A stretch of DNA of 63,809 bases, filler included, from Hausera hauseri (lineage: Eukaryota): the NCBI GenBank assembly GCA_046269625.1. It is 10 parts of 10 records of this genome, joined end to end, with 100 filler letters (N's around TTAATTAATTAA, not from the genome) between each part and the next. Parts side by side here need not be neighbours in the genome. Positions count along the whole stretch, not along the records: positions 35,923 to 41,275 come from JBJURY010272841.1; positions 41,376 to 46,932 come from JBJURY010231184.1; positions 47,033 to 54,690 come from JBJURY010002569.1; 7 more parts are not named here. One strand, 5' to 3'. Every line of letters begins with the position of its first letter. Position 1 is the stretch's first letter. The notes beneath the pieces are model-generated. The model was not told where the DNA came from and did no database searches. It saw nothing but the letters and a program-made list of their open reading frames with translations. Made by a program: the position numbers and the translations under genes. Positions 37,760-51,039 of the stretch are shown one piece after another.

Positions 37760-40700
37760 TATAGTTGCATGGTGGGGAAATACCTTTCACCGATCCGACA
37801 GCCTCAACCAGTGCAACCACATTCTACATCCCCCTCGGTGTCAGGATAAAGACTATAAAGAAAAAAACAAACGCAGGTTATAGTAAGAAAAGGAAAGATT
37901 TGTGGCTATTCGGTTTTGGTATGTGTCAGATGTTGTATTCCATCTATAAATTTCTTCCTACTGTAAGTACTAAATGTCACATGACGTGATCTATTAGATG
38001 TTGCTGCCGCTTGTGGAGTTGTTTGAGGGAGAGATTCTGCAGATTTTGTGGTGTTTTGGGAGGATGTTTTATGAGATGGAAAAAGATCACGCGACGAAGG
38101 CGAAACTAAAGATGGAAGTGAATCGTGCGATAAAGGTGATATGACTGCAGGGTGAGTGTGTGGATGTGCAGGGGATGACGGCGAAGTAAGTGGTGAAGGA
38201 ACAATAGACGGAAGTGAGGATAACTGATTGTGACGCGAGAACGATTGATGCGACGGATCAAAATTATTGAGAAAATTGGTTGATGGCTCGAGGGGATAGA
38301 AGTTAGAGTTAGGATTTGAAACAATGCTGTTATCCTGGTCATCGTCAACGAAGAATGCTGGCTTAAGATTAGAAATGTGTACATTTTGAGGTTTGTCCTT
38401 GCGTAACATAGTAGCGGTGTGCGAGGTAAGGTTGAATAGTTTGTTAGGTTTAACGTATTGAGGACGAAAACCAGAGGGTGACGGATCCTTAAGCCACACA
38501 AACTTGGCTGAGTATAAGTCTTCTGAAATATAGGATTTGTTTTTATTTATAAAGCGGCAAAATGCGTTTGCGTTAATATCTACAAAGTGGGACTGTGCCG
38601 CACGAATAACGTCATCTGACGAACTTTCATCGAGATTGGAGAGCTCAAAAGGGCACGAATTGGTGTCCCAAGGAGAGCCTCAGGTGGAGCACAACATGTG
38701 GTGGTGGGTGGCGTGTTGCGCCAACCGAGTAGCACAAGAGGAAGAATTGAGGTCCAGTTATGATTGTTGTTTGACAAGATTTTCAAAGAAATCTTCATGG
38801 TTCTGTAAAATCTATCAAGAAGACCATTTGCTTGGGGGTGGTACGGTGTCGTATGAAAACTGGCTATACCCAAGTGCTTTACCAGAGATTTAAAAAGATC
38901 AGCTTCGAATTGCGGACTCTGGTCCGTTATTATGTGACGTGGTGAACCAAAACGACTGACCCATATCTTGATAAATGCATCTGCTACAGAGTCGGTGTTG
39001 GTTGATCGAAGAGAAACGGCTTCCGGCTAGCGAAANNNNNNNNNNTTTGAGATGTTTATGAACCTTATATTGTTGACATGCTACACATCCCTTAACCCAG
39101 ACCTGTACATCTGTGCGCATATTCGGCCATGCAACATAACGTTGCAGTAGCCAAAATGTAGCTTTTGAACCCGGATGATGAAGAGAGTGAAAGTGAGTGA
39201 AGGCTGTCTTTTGTAGCAATGGAGCAAGGATGATTTTTTTATTAATCAAGCTGGATGTGTCGTAGGCGATTCCATAGATGATCTCAATCGATTTGAAAAC
39301 TTGAAGAATGTCAGATGATGGCTAATTACTTCTCAGGACTTCAGATGAAAAAATTTTCTGAACTGTAATTGAGTTGACCGACCGCGAAAGAAAGTCTGCT
39401 ACTAAATTCTCGGTGCCTGAAATATATTTCATGGAAAAACTAAACGTGGGCAGGTATGATATCTGTCGTTCTTGTCTCGGCGATGGCTGTTTTAACGCCA
39501 TTATGTGAAGTAAAGGCTTATGGTCTGTTTGAATGGTTAACTGACGTGATAGAAGCAAATGCTTGAAATGCTTTACCGCTGGAACTACAGCCAAAAGTTC
39601 GCGATCGAATGTTGAGTATCGGCTTTCTGGTCACGTTAGCTTTCGGAAATAAAATTTTAATGGTTCATCAACACTATTGTATATTTGGTGTAATATCGCA
39701 CCAGTGGCTGTGATGAAGGCATCGGTGATTAGTATGAGTTCCGCGTTGGGTTTTTGAAAAGCCAAGATTTCAACGGTTTTCAGACCTTCACGAGGGCGAT
39801 CAAATTAATTTACTAGATCGGGAGTCCAGTGGATTAAGTGTCTTTTCTTTTCAGATGAGAGTGGTGCGAAAAGTGCCGTTAGTTCGGAGCAGTGTGGCAT
39901 GTATTTGTGTATGAAATGCAATGTCCCTAGAAAACTCATCATATGGATAGTAGTAGTTGGTAACGTCACATTTTTTAATTGTTGTAAGCAATCAGGCTTG
40001 GGCGAATAACATTCGGGAGCAATTATATGGCCTAAACCGTTGACGCGTTTCTGGAAGAAATTGCATTTGGCGAAATTGATATGCAGGTTGCTTTGATGCA
40101 ATCTGTGGAAAATAATTCTAAGGTGCTCATGATGCTGTTTGATCGAGGTGTAAGCGACTAATAGATCATCTATGTATGGGTGAGCAAAGTAAAAACATGA
40201 CAGAACGGTGTCAATGTGGCGCTGAAAGGTCTAAGATGCACTACGTAGCCGAAAGTCATGAAGATGTATTCATAAAGGCCAAATGGTGTGATGACAACAG
40301 TTTTTGGAATATCATCAGGTACAACAGGAATTTGATGGTAGGCCTTATCCAGATCAATGGTAGAGTAGGTATTGGTGTTATTGAGGCTATAAAGAATATC
40401 CTTAATAAGTGGTAGTGGATAAATATCTGTAATAGTTAGGTTGTTTAATTGGCGATAGTCACCACATGGCCTCTAGGTACCATCTTTCTTTACCACTACA
40501 TGAAAAGGAGAAGCCCACGGTGAATTCGATCTCCGAATGATGTTAGACTTTTCTAGTTCATTGAATTCCTGTTTCACAGCTTTATGTCTGCGTGGCGACA
40601 AGGGTCTGACCTTTTGTTTGATAGGACTCTTATGCTTTGATACTATATGGTGATAAGATGTGGATGGAGGCTTGAAGTTTACGTCCCTTTTAACTATGCA

Positions 40701-41275
40701 AAAGCAAGACGTTGCGATGTATGATTTAATATCGGAGTCTAGAGATAAGAATGAATAAGGCATATCATCGGACGAGACAGTTGCAGTAATTGAGGAAGAA
40801 CAACCGGCATTGCCACGGTCAATATTCAGTTTGGATTTTTGTTTTAAAATTGATTTGTGATTGCTATACTCGTTAGAATTTGACGAGGTATTCAGTATAT
40901 TTATAGAAAAGTGCATTGAGATGTTCGCTAGATTGTCTGCGAGACATATGTTTGGAATTGCGATCAAGTTCCTGCTCAAGACAGCCGTATTTGCAATGGA
41001 CCAATAGATCATGTACGGCAAGAAAATTTGAGCCTATTATATTGGAGATTTAATATTGGCCACGTGGAACTTCCAGACAAACGTATCTGGCAAGTTGGCA
41101 AATGTGAAAGTCAGTTCCGTGGTTCCTGCAACGTGCAACGGTTGCCCACTGTCAGTAAAGAGCGGAGGACAGGAAATTATAGTGGATGTAGGATTGAAGG
41201 ACAAGGGAAGGAGTGAAAAGGCAGCTACTTAATCTATTAGGAATTCGATATGTGAGGTATCTATGCATAACAATG
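37760..41275 (-). mobile_element. Second decayed CsRN1-like gypsy element (PR, RT, RH, IN, PPT, start of 3' LTR)
   Basis: SPWASPFHVVVKKDGT, YIDD, TDHKPL, HSLHHPG...CVACQ, TTPYHPQANGL. PPT GAGGGGGA at 37836-37829 is followed by TG. Confidence 0.93.
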
Positions 41276-41375
41276 NNNNNNNNNNNNNNNNNNNNNNNNN
41301 NNNNNNNNNNNNNNNNNNNTTAATTAATTAANNNNNNNNNNNNNNNNNNNNNNNNNNNNNNNNNNNNNNNNNNNN

Positions 41376-43270
41376 CTTGTTTAATATTGTTGCATTTCCT
41401 GGCTAATTGTAAAGTCTTTTGTTGTTATGGCAGTGGACAGATTATATTTAGTGTGAGAAATTGTAGAAATCTGGCCGCCTAAATAGGACTGCAACAGAAA
41501 AGTAGGATTGTTTATATTGGTTTTATCAGTAAGGTTTTCATTCACATTGGTTAATGGTTTCTTCAATATTGATTTTATAGTTGAGATAGGTTGCATGATC
41601 GGTTGGTTATTAGTAGGGGTAGGCTTTATTGAACTGCTTTTAATGATCCGACGTTGTGTACTATCTACAAGGAGGTTGTAGAAGGATAAAAAATCAGACC
41701 CAAGTATTGGAGATTGTGTATCGGCAACTTCGAAAGTCCAATTGAAAATGTCGGAGAATGGTGGTAAAGTGAATGAAACTTTGGACGTGCCGAAAATGCG
41801 TAAAGCTTGGCCGTTAGCTGTGTATAATTTAGTGTTAGACGGTGAGATGGATGGTACTTTGATGGATGGTGGTAACAAAGAAACAGCAGCTCCTGAGTCA
41901 ATGAAGAAGTTGATTGGTTGATTGGGTTTGGATGTTAAGGAAGCTTTTAATGTGAAAACAGCGTAGGTATGGCTATTAGAATGAAGACCTTTGCCTGTGC
42001 CAGTATGTGTCGAAACACCTGGCGGCTTTGTCAGTTTTTTTGGGATAGTAGGATTTGGTGAGTCGGGAAAATTACGATGGAATTGGTTAAGTCGACTGGA
42101 AAACGTGTAACCGTTCATGCAGTTGCTGGCTTAATTGCTGAACCTCTTATAATAAATTCAAACGATGTAGAATTTTTGAAAAGCTGGTGTAAAGAATTCA
42201 CACCCCAGGCAATATTTGTTGGATTGGTCCTTGAATTTAGTGTGATAATATCACACCATAGGTCGAGTAAGGGACCTAGCGGATCTCGAATTTTGCGATG
42301 AAGCACGGCTATAATTGGGTGTAAATCGACCTCGTCGCGGCATGGATAAATTGTTCAATTTAGAAGTTAAAGCAGAAATGGCTTGGTGTATTGCCGTGTT
42401 TTCAGACCGCAGAGCGTTTATTTGGTTAATTCAGCGCTACGATTTCAGCGTTGGGTGGTGTCAAAGGTGGTTGTAATGTGGCCGCGACGATAGGAGTATG
42501 GTGTATATTTAATATCTCAGCTTTTGTCAGCAAGTTGTGTTAACTTCTCTAACGTAGCGGTGTCTTCAACGACGGTTATTAAGGCGCGTATTTCTTTCGG
42601 CAACGATTGGAGAAAATATTTACCCAGTAAATCGGCATTGTTTGCCTGATTTACTCCTAACTTGTTTATTTGGGTTAAAGATGTTTGTAAAAATTCAGTG
42701 GGTTTTTGATTTCCTATTGTGTTGAGACTTAATGTTGGAAGGCAAAATTATCAGAAAGCTGTTTGCTTTAAGAAACAAGTCGACGATATTATTTGACTTC
42801 AACCAAACCGCATGAAAGTCTAACCACGTCTGGTTGGAGTGTTGCTTGTCGACGAAGTATTCTACGCAAGGTAGATTTACAGTAGACGACGGGTGTAGAG
42901 GTGGATTTAATAGGAATGTCGGCAAAATCTTGTTGGTCTTTAGAAGATGCTTTTGGATCAGATCAACCTAACAGACGGTAGTGTACGGTGAGTATAGATA
43001 TTGAAGATGAATGGGTGTAACTTGTTATAATGCCAGATTGTCGAAGAAAAAATACGTTGTAACTAAGGCGAAAATTAGCGAGAGTTGTTTGTCGCCGTAA
43101 TGTCTGAAAAATTTGCAATTGTTATTGATTTGTGTATGTAGAAGGTTTGCGTATGCTTATTTTCGAATAATAAGACGACAGGAACGAAAATGTCACATAT
43201 GTTGGGCGTGCAGTGTGGTGCATAAAACACGGGTGCGCCCCAAATCCCTGAGCTGTAGTGGTTGGTCTGA
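41376..43270 (-). mobile_element. Third CsRN1-like gypsy element, 5' part (leader, gag, frameshift site, protease)
   Basis: Gag YFLQSLPKEIRALITVVED. A AAA AAC TGA at 42040-42031. Protease FFIDSGAAVSLLP...ILGSDFL. The leader boundary is approximate. Confidence 0.9.
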
Positions 43271-44329
43271 GCATCAAATCATTGTGGAACTTTAGTGAAT
43301 ATGTGCGATGTAATCCAGTGGAACACCCATGTTTCAGTAACGCTGTCGTCCGATACATTGGATCGCTTAAGTTTAAAACGGTCATTATGTGGCAATAAGT
43401 AATGATAGTATTTCTGTTGTTTTAGATCTCTTGTCGAATCCACCAAAACTGGGGGCATTTTCACATAGGGGAAGTCAAAAAATGAGCTGAAAATACTGAA
43501 CACAGTCGATTATCAAAACTTTCTCTTCTGTAGTTAAAGTGGATTGTCTATAATAATTTACGAATAACACATTAGCATTTCCGACTATGTCTTTCAACAA
43601 TACACAATAGCTCTGTAGGAAAATGTTGGAGTTTTTGGAAAACAGGAGTGTTGAAGAGTACGAAAAGTTGTTAATGGAGTTAGAGGAGTTTTCAAAGATT
43701 TTTCTATGGGTACACTTGCTAGAATTTCGAACATGAATCAAAAGATCAAAGTTAAGAAATAAATCATATTTTAAACTATTCGGTCGAAAACAATTTAAAA
43801 AAATGCCTGTTTATTTGAGATAAAGCTTTGGTTAGTGATTCTAGCTGCAACATAAAGGTTGAACGCTTCAGATAAAGAGCGTCTTTATTTACCCATTACA
43901 TTGGTAGTCAAGGGACAACTTAGCATTTATTTGGTTTTCGTCTTTGGCTTTAACCTGCATTCTATTGATTAATGAGAAAACAACCATTCTCGGCCGAGCT
44001 TTTAGCCCTTCAATCGTATTATCTGCCATTTCTCCTCCAATGCGAATAGTATTCTGGCAAACAACTATTGTGGATGAATATCCAATATTATCATTCAACT
44101 GAAATTTCAACTTTTCTTTAGTCATTCATTCCCTTCACTTAAATACTTCAAGACATATTTATTTATTTCTCGGAACGTATCAGTTTCATAATGTTCGTCA
44201 TCAAGGCAATGTATTTGTTCTTCGTAAAAATGCTTTTTGAATGAAACTGCCGGTGTATCTTCCGACGTCATAGATGGAAAGCAAATATAATTAGCATTTA
44301 GATTTTGTTGTGTTATAATCCATGGATCG

Positions 44330-45240
44330 TTATCATTCTGTGCTGCTGATGCAATCGTGACCGACGGTTATCAAGACAACGTAATGAACATAAATTTAAA
44401 CAAGAATTATGCAATTCTAACGGTTGACTAACTTCAGGATAATCAACACCACCATCGGGTAACGATTCACGATATAATCCAAGTGAAATCCCAGGTATGA
44501 TAAAGATATCACTCCAGTCATTAAGTGTATCAGTACCAAAAGTACCATTAGTATCATTGTGGGTTAAATATTGATCATCAATAACAGGATTATTAATATG
44601 TCCATGTAATAAAGTTACTGCAATAAATTTACTATAATAAAATACCTTTATAATGGTGCCGTCAGTATTACGCATTAACGTGCAGTATTTCATTTTCTGT
44701 AATACCGATTTACGTTCGTTGCGATTACATTCCTAGAGATTTTGTAGCAGAAATAAGCCAATTTTCATCAATTCGTGATAACAAACTAGGAATAATACAA
44801 TTATTTATAACAGAAATAGCAGATAATTCCGGAATACCAAATCGTTTTAAAATATATTGTACCGGATTGACAACAGTTCGTGAATTACCGTTTGTCTGAA
44901 ATGGTTGAATAAAATCCGGATTGGTAATAAATCGTAATGGGGAAATGAATCAGATCCAATAGAATGGCGAAACAATGGGAGAAATTCTGTAGCAAATTTG
45001 ATAATAAATGGAGATTAATTTTAGTTTATTTGATAGACGAATATTCGTATGGTCATCAGTAATCGAATTAAATAATAAAGTCTGTGTACAGATATTACCA
45101 TGACAATCCGGTAACCAATTTAATTGTGCTAAAATTTGTCCTTGCTTATGAATAAGAATACGAAATGGACTATCAATGTATTTCATTTGGCATTGGGATA
45201 CGATCAATAATTCAAATAAGATAATTATATGATGAAGCAT
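44330..45240 (-). pseudogene. Decayed ORF of uncertain family, with weak resemblance to the central region of NO VEIN/sacsin-like proteins
   Basis: Long near-open frames: LNWLPD, LRFITNPDFI, QYILKRFGIPELSAISVINNCIIP, VIDDQYL...WSDIFIIPGIS. Confidence 0.25.
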
Positions 45241-47032
45241 TGTTGTAGATAAGAGAAAATTGCCTGACAGTATCAATAAATATATCCACTGATTGGGAAA
45301 TAAGCCATGTACTATTAAAAAGCTACAAGACAATACCCAGTTTATGTAACATCTTTTTGGCAGTCTTATTAATCTCGATATTTCACTAGACAATAGGAAG
45401 AATCTACTTGGTTTACTAAGGAAGTTTTGCACTATTGTAAATTCTCTGCAGCCTACACAAAAGAAACCCGTTGTTGCAACCAACATCTCACCTGCGATCG
45501 TCAAGTACGGCATGACGAAACTTCCTGATGCTCTTTTCGCTGCGCAACCAGAGTTGCCTGGTTGAGGGACCGAAAACGCCCACCTCTTATGCGCTCCAAC
45601 ATTCCCCCGGCATAACGTTACATCCCCTTTCCTTTTTTATTTTTCGCAACAACCAACACGTGTATACACTAGATGCAACATACAAACACTGCACACACTC
45701 TACTTTTCATTATTTTCTTTCTTCGGCACCTCCGACTTTTACGTCATGCATAATGGTTTGACCTGGTTCTCTTCCGATTCTATCATCCTTTGCATTTTGC
45801 AAACATCCAATCATTCATCTCACTCTCCATTTTCTTATAGTTTTGTGAACATTGACGAAACTATTATAACCAGTCCAACATGACAAGCAAGCCTATATTC
45901 GAACAGACTCAATTTTATAATTGAGTTTCATTTCATTGAATATTTTATAATGAAGATTATTTGATTCTATCATGACCTTCGGAAATTATACTTAATTTTT
46001 CTGGTGACATTGGATAATTAATTCTCCTTTGTTGGTATTTTTATGTCAGAAAATTTGTAATATAGACAGTTAAAATTTGTGAAATTTTTTGACTTTTAAA
46101 CTTTGACTCTGGCTTCTGACGCAATTATGATCCAACGTTTTCATGATGGTTGTAAGTGGTCTATTATTTTCATATCACATTTTCAATTGTCAAAATAGTA
46201 TAATCTTCTCATCATTTCATAGATTAAAGACTTATAATTTAATTTCGTTTTGCTTTGTTTTTGTTAAATTTTAATTTACGAATTTAGACACTAAGTGAAC
46301 CGTATAAGTTTCTGATTAACTGAATTTTTATATCTCGCAAGATAATTATTGGGTTGTAATATAAATTCGTTCGTATTTTTATCATTTATTTAATTAAATA
46401 TAATTTTTTTTTGGGTTGAGACTTCTAGGCAAATGTTGCGCAAACCAAAAAAACAATGTTTGGTATGCTCTGGTCCATTTGTTTCACTAGAAGACATAAA
46501 TACTGTCACATTTTGATGTATTACTAGCACGGTTATCTTCTAATTGAAAGGCCAGGGTGTGACCCATCGACTGTGTATCTTTGGACTGAACACCCGTTAC
46601 CCCCAATTTGCCTATTCGTGCATGATTGAGAAGATGAAAGTGCTGTATGTTGTGGGGTTTCTAGGCTTCGCTGACAGATAATACTGTATTGGAGGTTCTG
46701 AGTGGCAGTGCGGAGCAAATCACCAGCAGCTGTTTCCAGTTTCCCGTTGAGGTTCCTCTGGTATTTCAGACTGGTTGGCGCTACTAAATTTTATTGAAAC
46801 TTTGTCTATAATGGGACTGTGTCCAGCTTTAACAAAAACCCTGATCTACCTTTAATTCCACTAACCTGGGTTCTCCTGTATTGTTTGTAGCTAGTGCTTT
46901 CAGTGTCTTGCTCCTTGGATTACCCTGAAGTTNNNNNNNNNNNNNNNNNNNNNNNNNNNNNNNNNNNNNNNNNNNNTTAATTAATTAANNNNNNNNNNNN
47001 NNNNNNNNNNNNNNNNNNNNNNNNNNNNNNNN

Positions 47033-48290
47033 AAACATGCGATTGAAACCAATATGTTTGACGATGTATCTAAGTCAGTATTATAAAATAAAAAAGAAAT
47101 CGATTCATTTCTGAAGTTTTTGGCAAAGAACAAGTCGTAAATCGAGGGATACATCGAATAATAGATGACACAGCGGGAGAAGGAAAATGGGATCGATTAT
47201 GGACGCCGGATGCCTATAACAAAATTATCTTAAATTTGTGGTACAAAATGTGGGTAGGATTTCTAACATTTGGCCAAGTAGCCTCAGCGTTTCTGGCAAT
47301 CAATTTCATTATACAGACTTTAAAAGTTTGTATTAACTCTGTGCTGAATGCTTATGATATCTACAATCTAACGGGACTATCGCTAAGTATAACACATGCT
47401 TTATTTTTCCCAGTCGGTAAATTTATCAAAGCCTACCATGAGACACAGTGGCGAGGTAAATTAGAAAAACATGTTAGTTACAAATCAGAGAAACAATTCC
47501 CAAAGGATACTTCATCAAGCTCATATGACGGTACTGCCCCTAGGTACTATCCTACAACAGGAATTCCTAGAGACAAGAGAAGAAAATTCAAGTTTGCGAA
47601 GCTTAAGCGAAAGGATAAGCACAAATTGCCTGATGCACAGTATGAAAGTAAAACAATGCCTAATTTTAAATTATCCAATCTAACAAACTTAACGGACCCT
47701 TATGCGAAGAAAGAAAACTACATAAAATTATATAGTTTGCCTAAGTACTCTCAAGAAGAGATACGTCAATTCAATATTACGCAAAATATGAAAAATAACC
47801 GAGTAACGTTACCAGTATCACCTAAACTGGGCATGATACCGCAGGTATCTTGTCACCTAGTAAACAGGTGGATAAAAGCTCAACCAGATAGGAAATCCCA
47901 TTATACAATTCCATCAACTAAACCCAGTAATGTGCAACAAAAACATCAAAATATTTAAGCTGTTATCCAGAATTGACTGAACTCAAAAACAAACCAAAAT
48001 GATCAGACAATGATACCCAATATATGGAAAATTTAAGGGTCATATTAGTTAACGGGGAGGCTAGATACTGTTTAGCCAGTTATACTTTGATGAAACCTCA
48101 CATAGATGATAACAAAAACGTTCTAAAATTTCTCGAACTACTAAGAGATAATCGACTTCACACAACAGTTCATTTCGGTACTTTTGACCGAAACGCTATG
48201 GTGGATACGGGAGCTAGTGTTACGTTAATAGCGAAGTAGGAAATTCTGGAAGAATTACAATCTCAAATAAAATTAGCCACCAAAGACTCA
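47033..48290 (+). mobile_element. Retroelement fragment: C-terminal part of a chuvirus-like envelope glycoprotein followed by aspartyl protease-like domain(s)
   Basis: FGKEQVVNRGIHR...LWTPDAYNKIILNLWYKMWVGFLTFGQVASAFLAINFIIQTLKVCINSVLNAYDIYNLTGLSLSITHALF (membrane region). Degenerate PQVSCHLVNRWIKAQPD..SHYTI. Clear retropepsin motif NAMVDTGASVTLI at approx. 48192-48230. Confidence 0.6.
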
Positions 48291-48933
48291 CTTGGTACTG
48301 TGGTGCCGCGGTCGTGGACGCGTTTCGTTTTCTCGACAAAGTGTTGTTTGTAAATCTCAAATCATTGAAGCAGAAGCTCAACAATCTCTTCAACATATCA
48401 GAAAATCATAATATTTTGGACTCATTGACGAATTGACATTCAGCATGCAAATCATCCGCAGAAATTAATCGAGGAGAAAATGCAGATATTTACCGATCTA
48501 ATCCTGATAAAAACGACAAATTCAATATTTTAATTCTGGAATGAAATGACAATTACCAGTGTATAAAACATGAATGTTTCTGTTTTCTCTACAGTTTTTT
48601 CTTTACACGAACGTTTAATGTATATAGTTTGTTGGCTAACATATTAGTTTATATATGTAAATATGTTTGTAAATTTTCTGGAAATATGTATTGATTTAAA
48701 ATAAATAAATAAATAATTTGTGATTCAAGACATTTCATTTCTTGTGGATTTATCTCTTCTATCTCGTCGTCATTTTGGATTTTTTTCTAATGAAATTACT
48801 ACCCATGTCCTTGAAACCACATTGGTGTCAGAACGTTATACAGCAGAAAACTATGTATTACCAACAAGTTACAGAAAGTCTGTCAGCAAAAGAGATTAGT
48901 TTTTATTCACCACTTACATTTACCGATGATACA

Positions 48934-50875
48934 ATGTTTTCTGGGACATTATCAAATAAAATTAAGGCTAGCAAATTTTCCAATTCCGAACCTCAGAGTA
49001 CGTCATCGACAAGTAGTAAACTACTGTTAACAGTTTTATGCCAATTCTGTGGCCAATTTCATGGAAAAGATTTACCACATCTCTATGATTACAATGAATC
49101 AGTTGATTCAACATTATTGTGCATTATTTGTCATCAACCGATAGTCGATCCAATTGATACAAATTGCGGTCATACATTTTGTAAACCTTGTCTGAATAAA
49201 CATTCATCAATTCAAGCGTTGTGTCCCGTTGATAAGAATATAATCAATTCTCAGGAGTGCAAACAGGCATCCAATATCGTTAAAAAATTATTGGATAAAT
49301 TAAAAGTTGTTTGTCCAAATGTGGATTATTGTGAAGAAATTTTATATCGAATGACTTATACCAGTATTTAAAATTCAAATGTCGTGGGGCATTCAAAAAA
49401 GAAATAATCAAAGATAAAACTCAGATAACTGAAGGTGAGCTATGTGAAATAGAAATAATCCGTGTTAATCAATATGACCTTGGGTTCTCTTTTGTCGGTG
49501 GAGTGAACTCACCTCTAAGATGTATTGTTATTCAAGAGATGTGTTTGGACGGATTGATTCCCCAGGATGACAGATTACGTCCTAGTGATCAGCTGCTTTC
49601 GTTAAACGGAATCGACCTCAGTTCAGCTACACACGCTAAAGCGAAACGTGCCCTTTCAGCGCTAATACCGAGGTGTAAATTTGTGGTATTACGCGAATGT
49701 GTTCCTGTTTTCACTGAGCATGAGACGATAGCGGTTGTTCTTTCAAAGAAAAATGATTCACGGTTAGGTATTGCTCTGGATACAAAAAAATATTACGAAG
49801 GTATATACGTACGAAATGTTATTCCCGGTAGTGAGGCTGACATAAATGGATCATTTACAAAAGGCGACAGAATTTTATTTATTAATAATGTTGATATTAC
49901 AAACGAATTTCAAGAGTTTGCTGCAAAATTAATAAAAGAAGCTTCAGTTGATATTTCATTTGTTGTTCAAAGGAGACTGAGTGTTCCCGATGTTGTTAAA
50001 ACCAAAGATGACAGAATTTCCTCAGGGAGCTGGAGCACGAATCAAATGTCAAAAGGTTGTCATTCTGAAATGATTTCTCGGCGACAAGTTGTAACTTTAA
50101 GTAGCAAATGTTCAGAAACTAACAGTCCTAGATCGTACTTTCAAAGTAGAAACACATTTGATACTCAATGGCCGACAGTTGACAATTACCAGAAATAAAA
50201 TTTACAGCCGCAGTTTCCTACGAATGTTCTACGCATTCGGAAGGAGCCAAATGAATCGCTTTCAATTACTGTTGCAGGGGGTTTAAATTCTCACCGCGGT
50301 GACAGTCAAATATACGTTACAAATATATTTCCAAATGGTGTGCTTCACCATTATAAAAGGATTAGAAAAGGCTGTGTATTGATCGGGATTAATCAATACA
50401 CTTCACTTCACTTGTCTCACAAAGAAGCTGTTGATACATTGAAACATGAGTGCTATGGTCATCAGCTTGTTGATCTTCATTACCTTGACGGTCCAGAAAC
50501 GAGTTCAGGTGCTGGTAATTTTATGCCAAGCTGGAAATTTTGGCTCCAGTTACCTTTCTTTTGTTCAAATCCGAAAATTGTTGAATTGAAAAAAAAGAAT
50601 CACCAAGTGTTAGTTTAGGATTCAGTATTGTTGGTGGAATTGATTCAGCTAATTCTATTGACGCAGGGGGCTTTGGGACTAATTTCATTATGATTAAAAC
50701 CATTTCGCCTGGCTCAGTTGCTTGTAAGAACGGAAAATTAAAATGTGGAGATATACTCCTCGAAGTGAATAATACCTCTTTGATGAGTGTTACCCACAAC
50801 GAAGCAGTACTGTGTCTTAAGAAGGCAGTCAATCGTTTTTTTAAGATAATCTCTTGGCCTGGAACTATCGTTTAA
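48934..50875 (+). pseudogene. LNX: LNX1/2-type RING plus 4-PDZ E3 ligase, full length, no introns seen, at least two frameshifts and one stop
   Basis: CQFCGQFH...HLYDY..VD..LLCIICHQPIVDPIDTNCGHTFC, KLLDKLKVVCP, EGELCEIEI...LGFSFVGG, four PDZ domains, F.PSW..WL.LP, C-terminal SWPGTIV. Confidence 0.92.
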
Positions 50876-51039
50876 TGATGATGGTTTTAGTCATTTTGAT
50901 ATTTATGGTCTCAATGATTCTTACGCGTATATTAATTCTGTCTTTCACAAATATTGATTTCACATTTTAACAAGTTAATAAAAGTTATAATTGTATTTGG
51001 ACTTAATCTTCATTTCTTGAATTATATATTACATTTGGA

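Noticed and set aside
45500-45890. Segment resembling the gypsy 5' leader at 20100-20400
   Set aside because: The similarity is mostly compositional and I could not align it reliably by eye.
46535-46932. GC-richer contig end as a second host-DNA insertion
   Set aside because: No recognisable gene or repeat identifies its origin; composition alone is insufficient.
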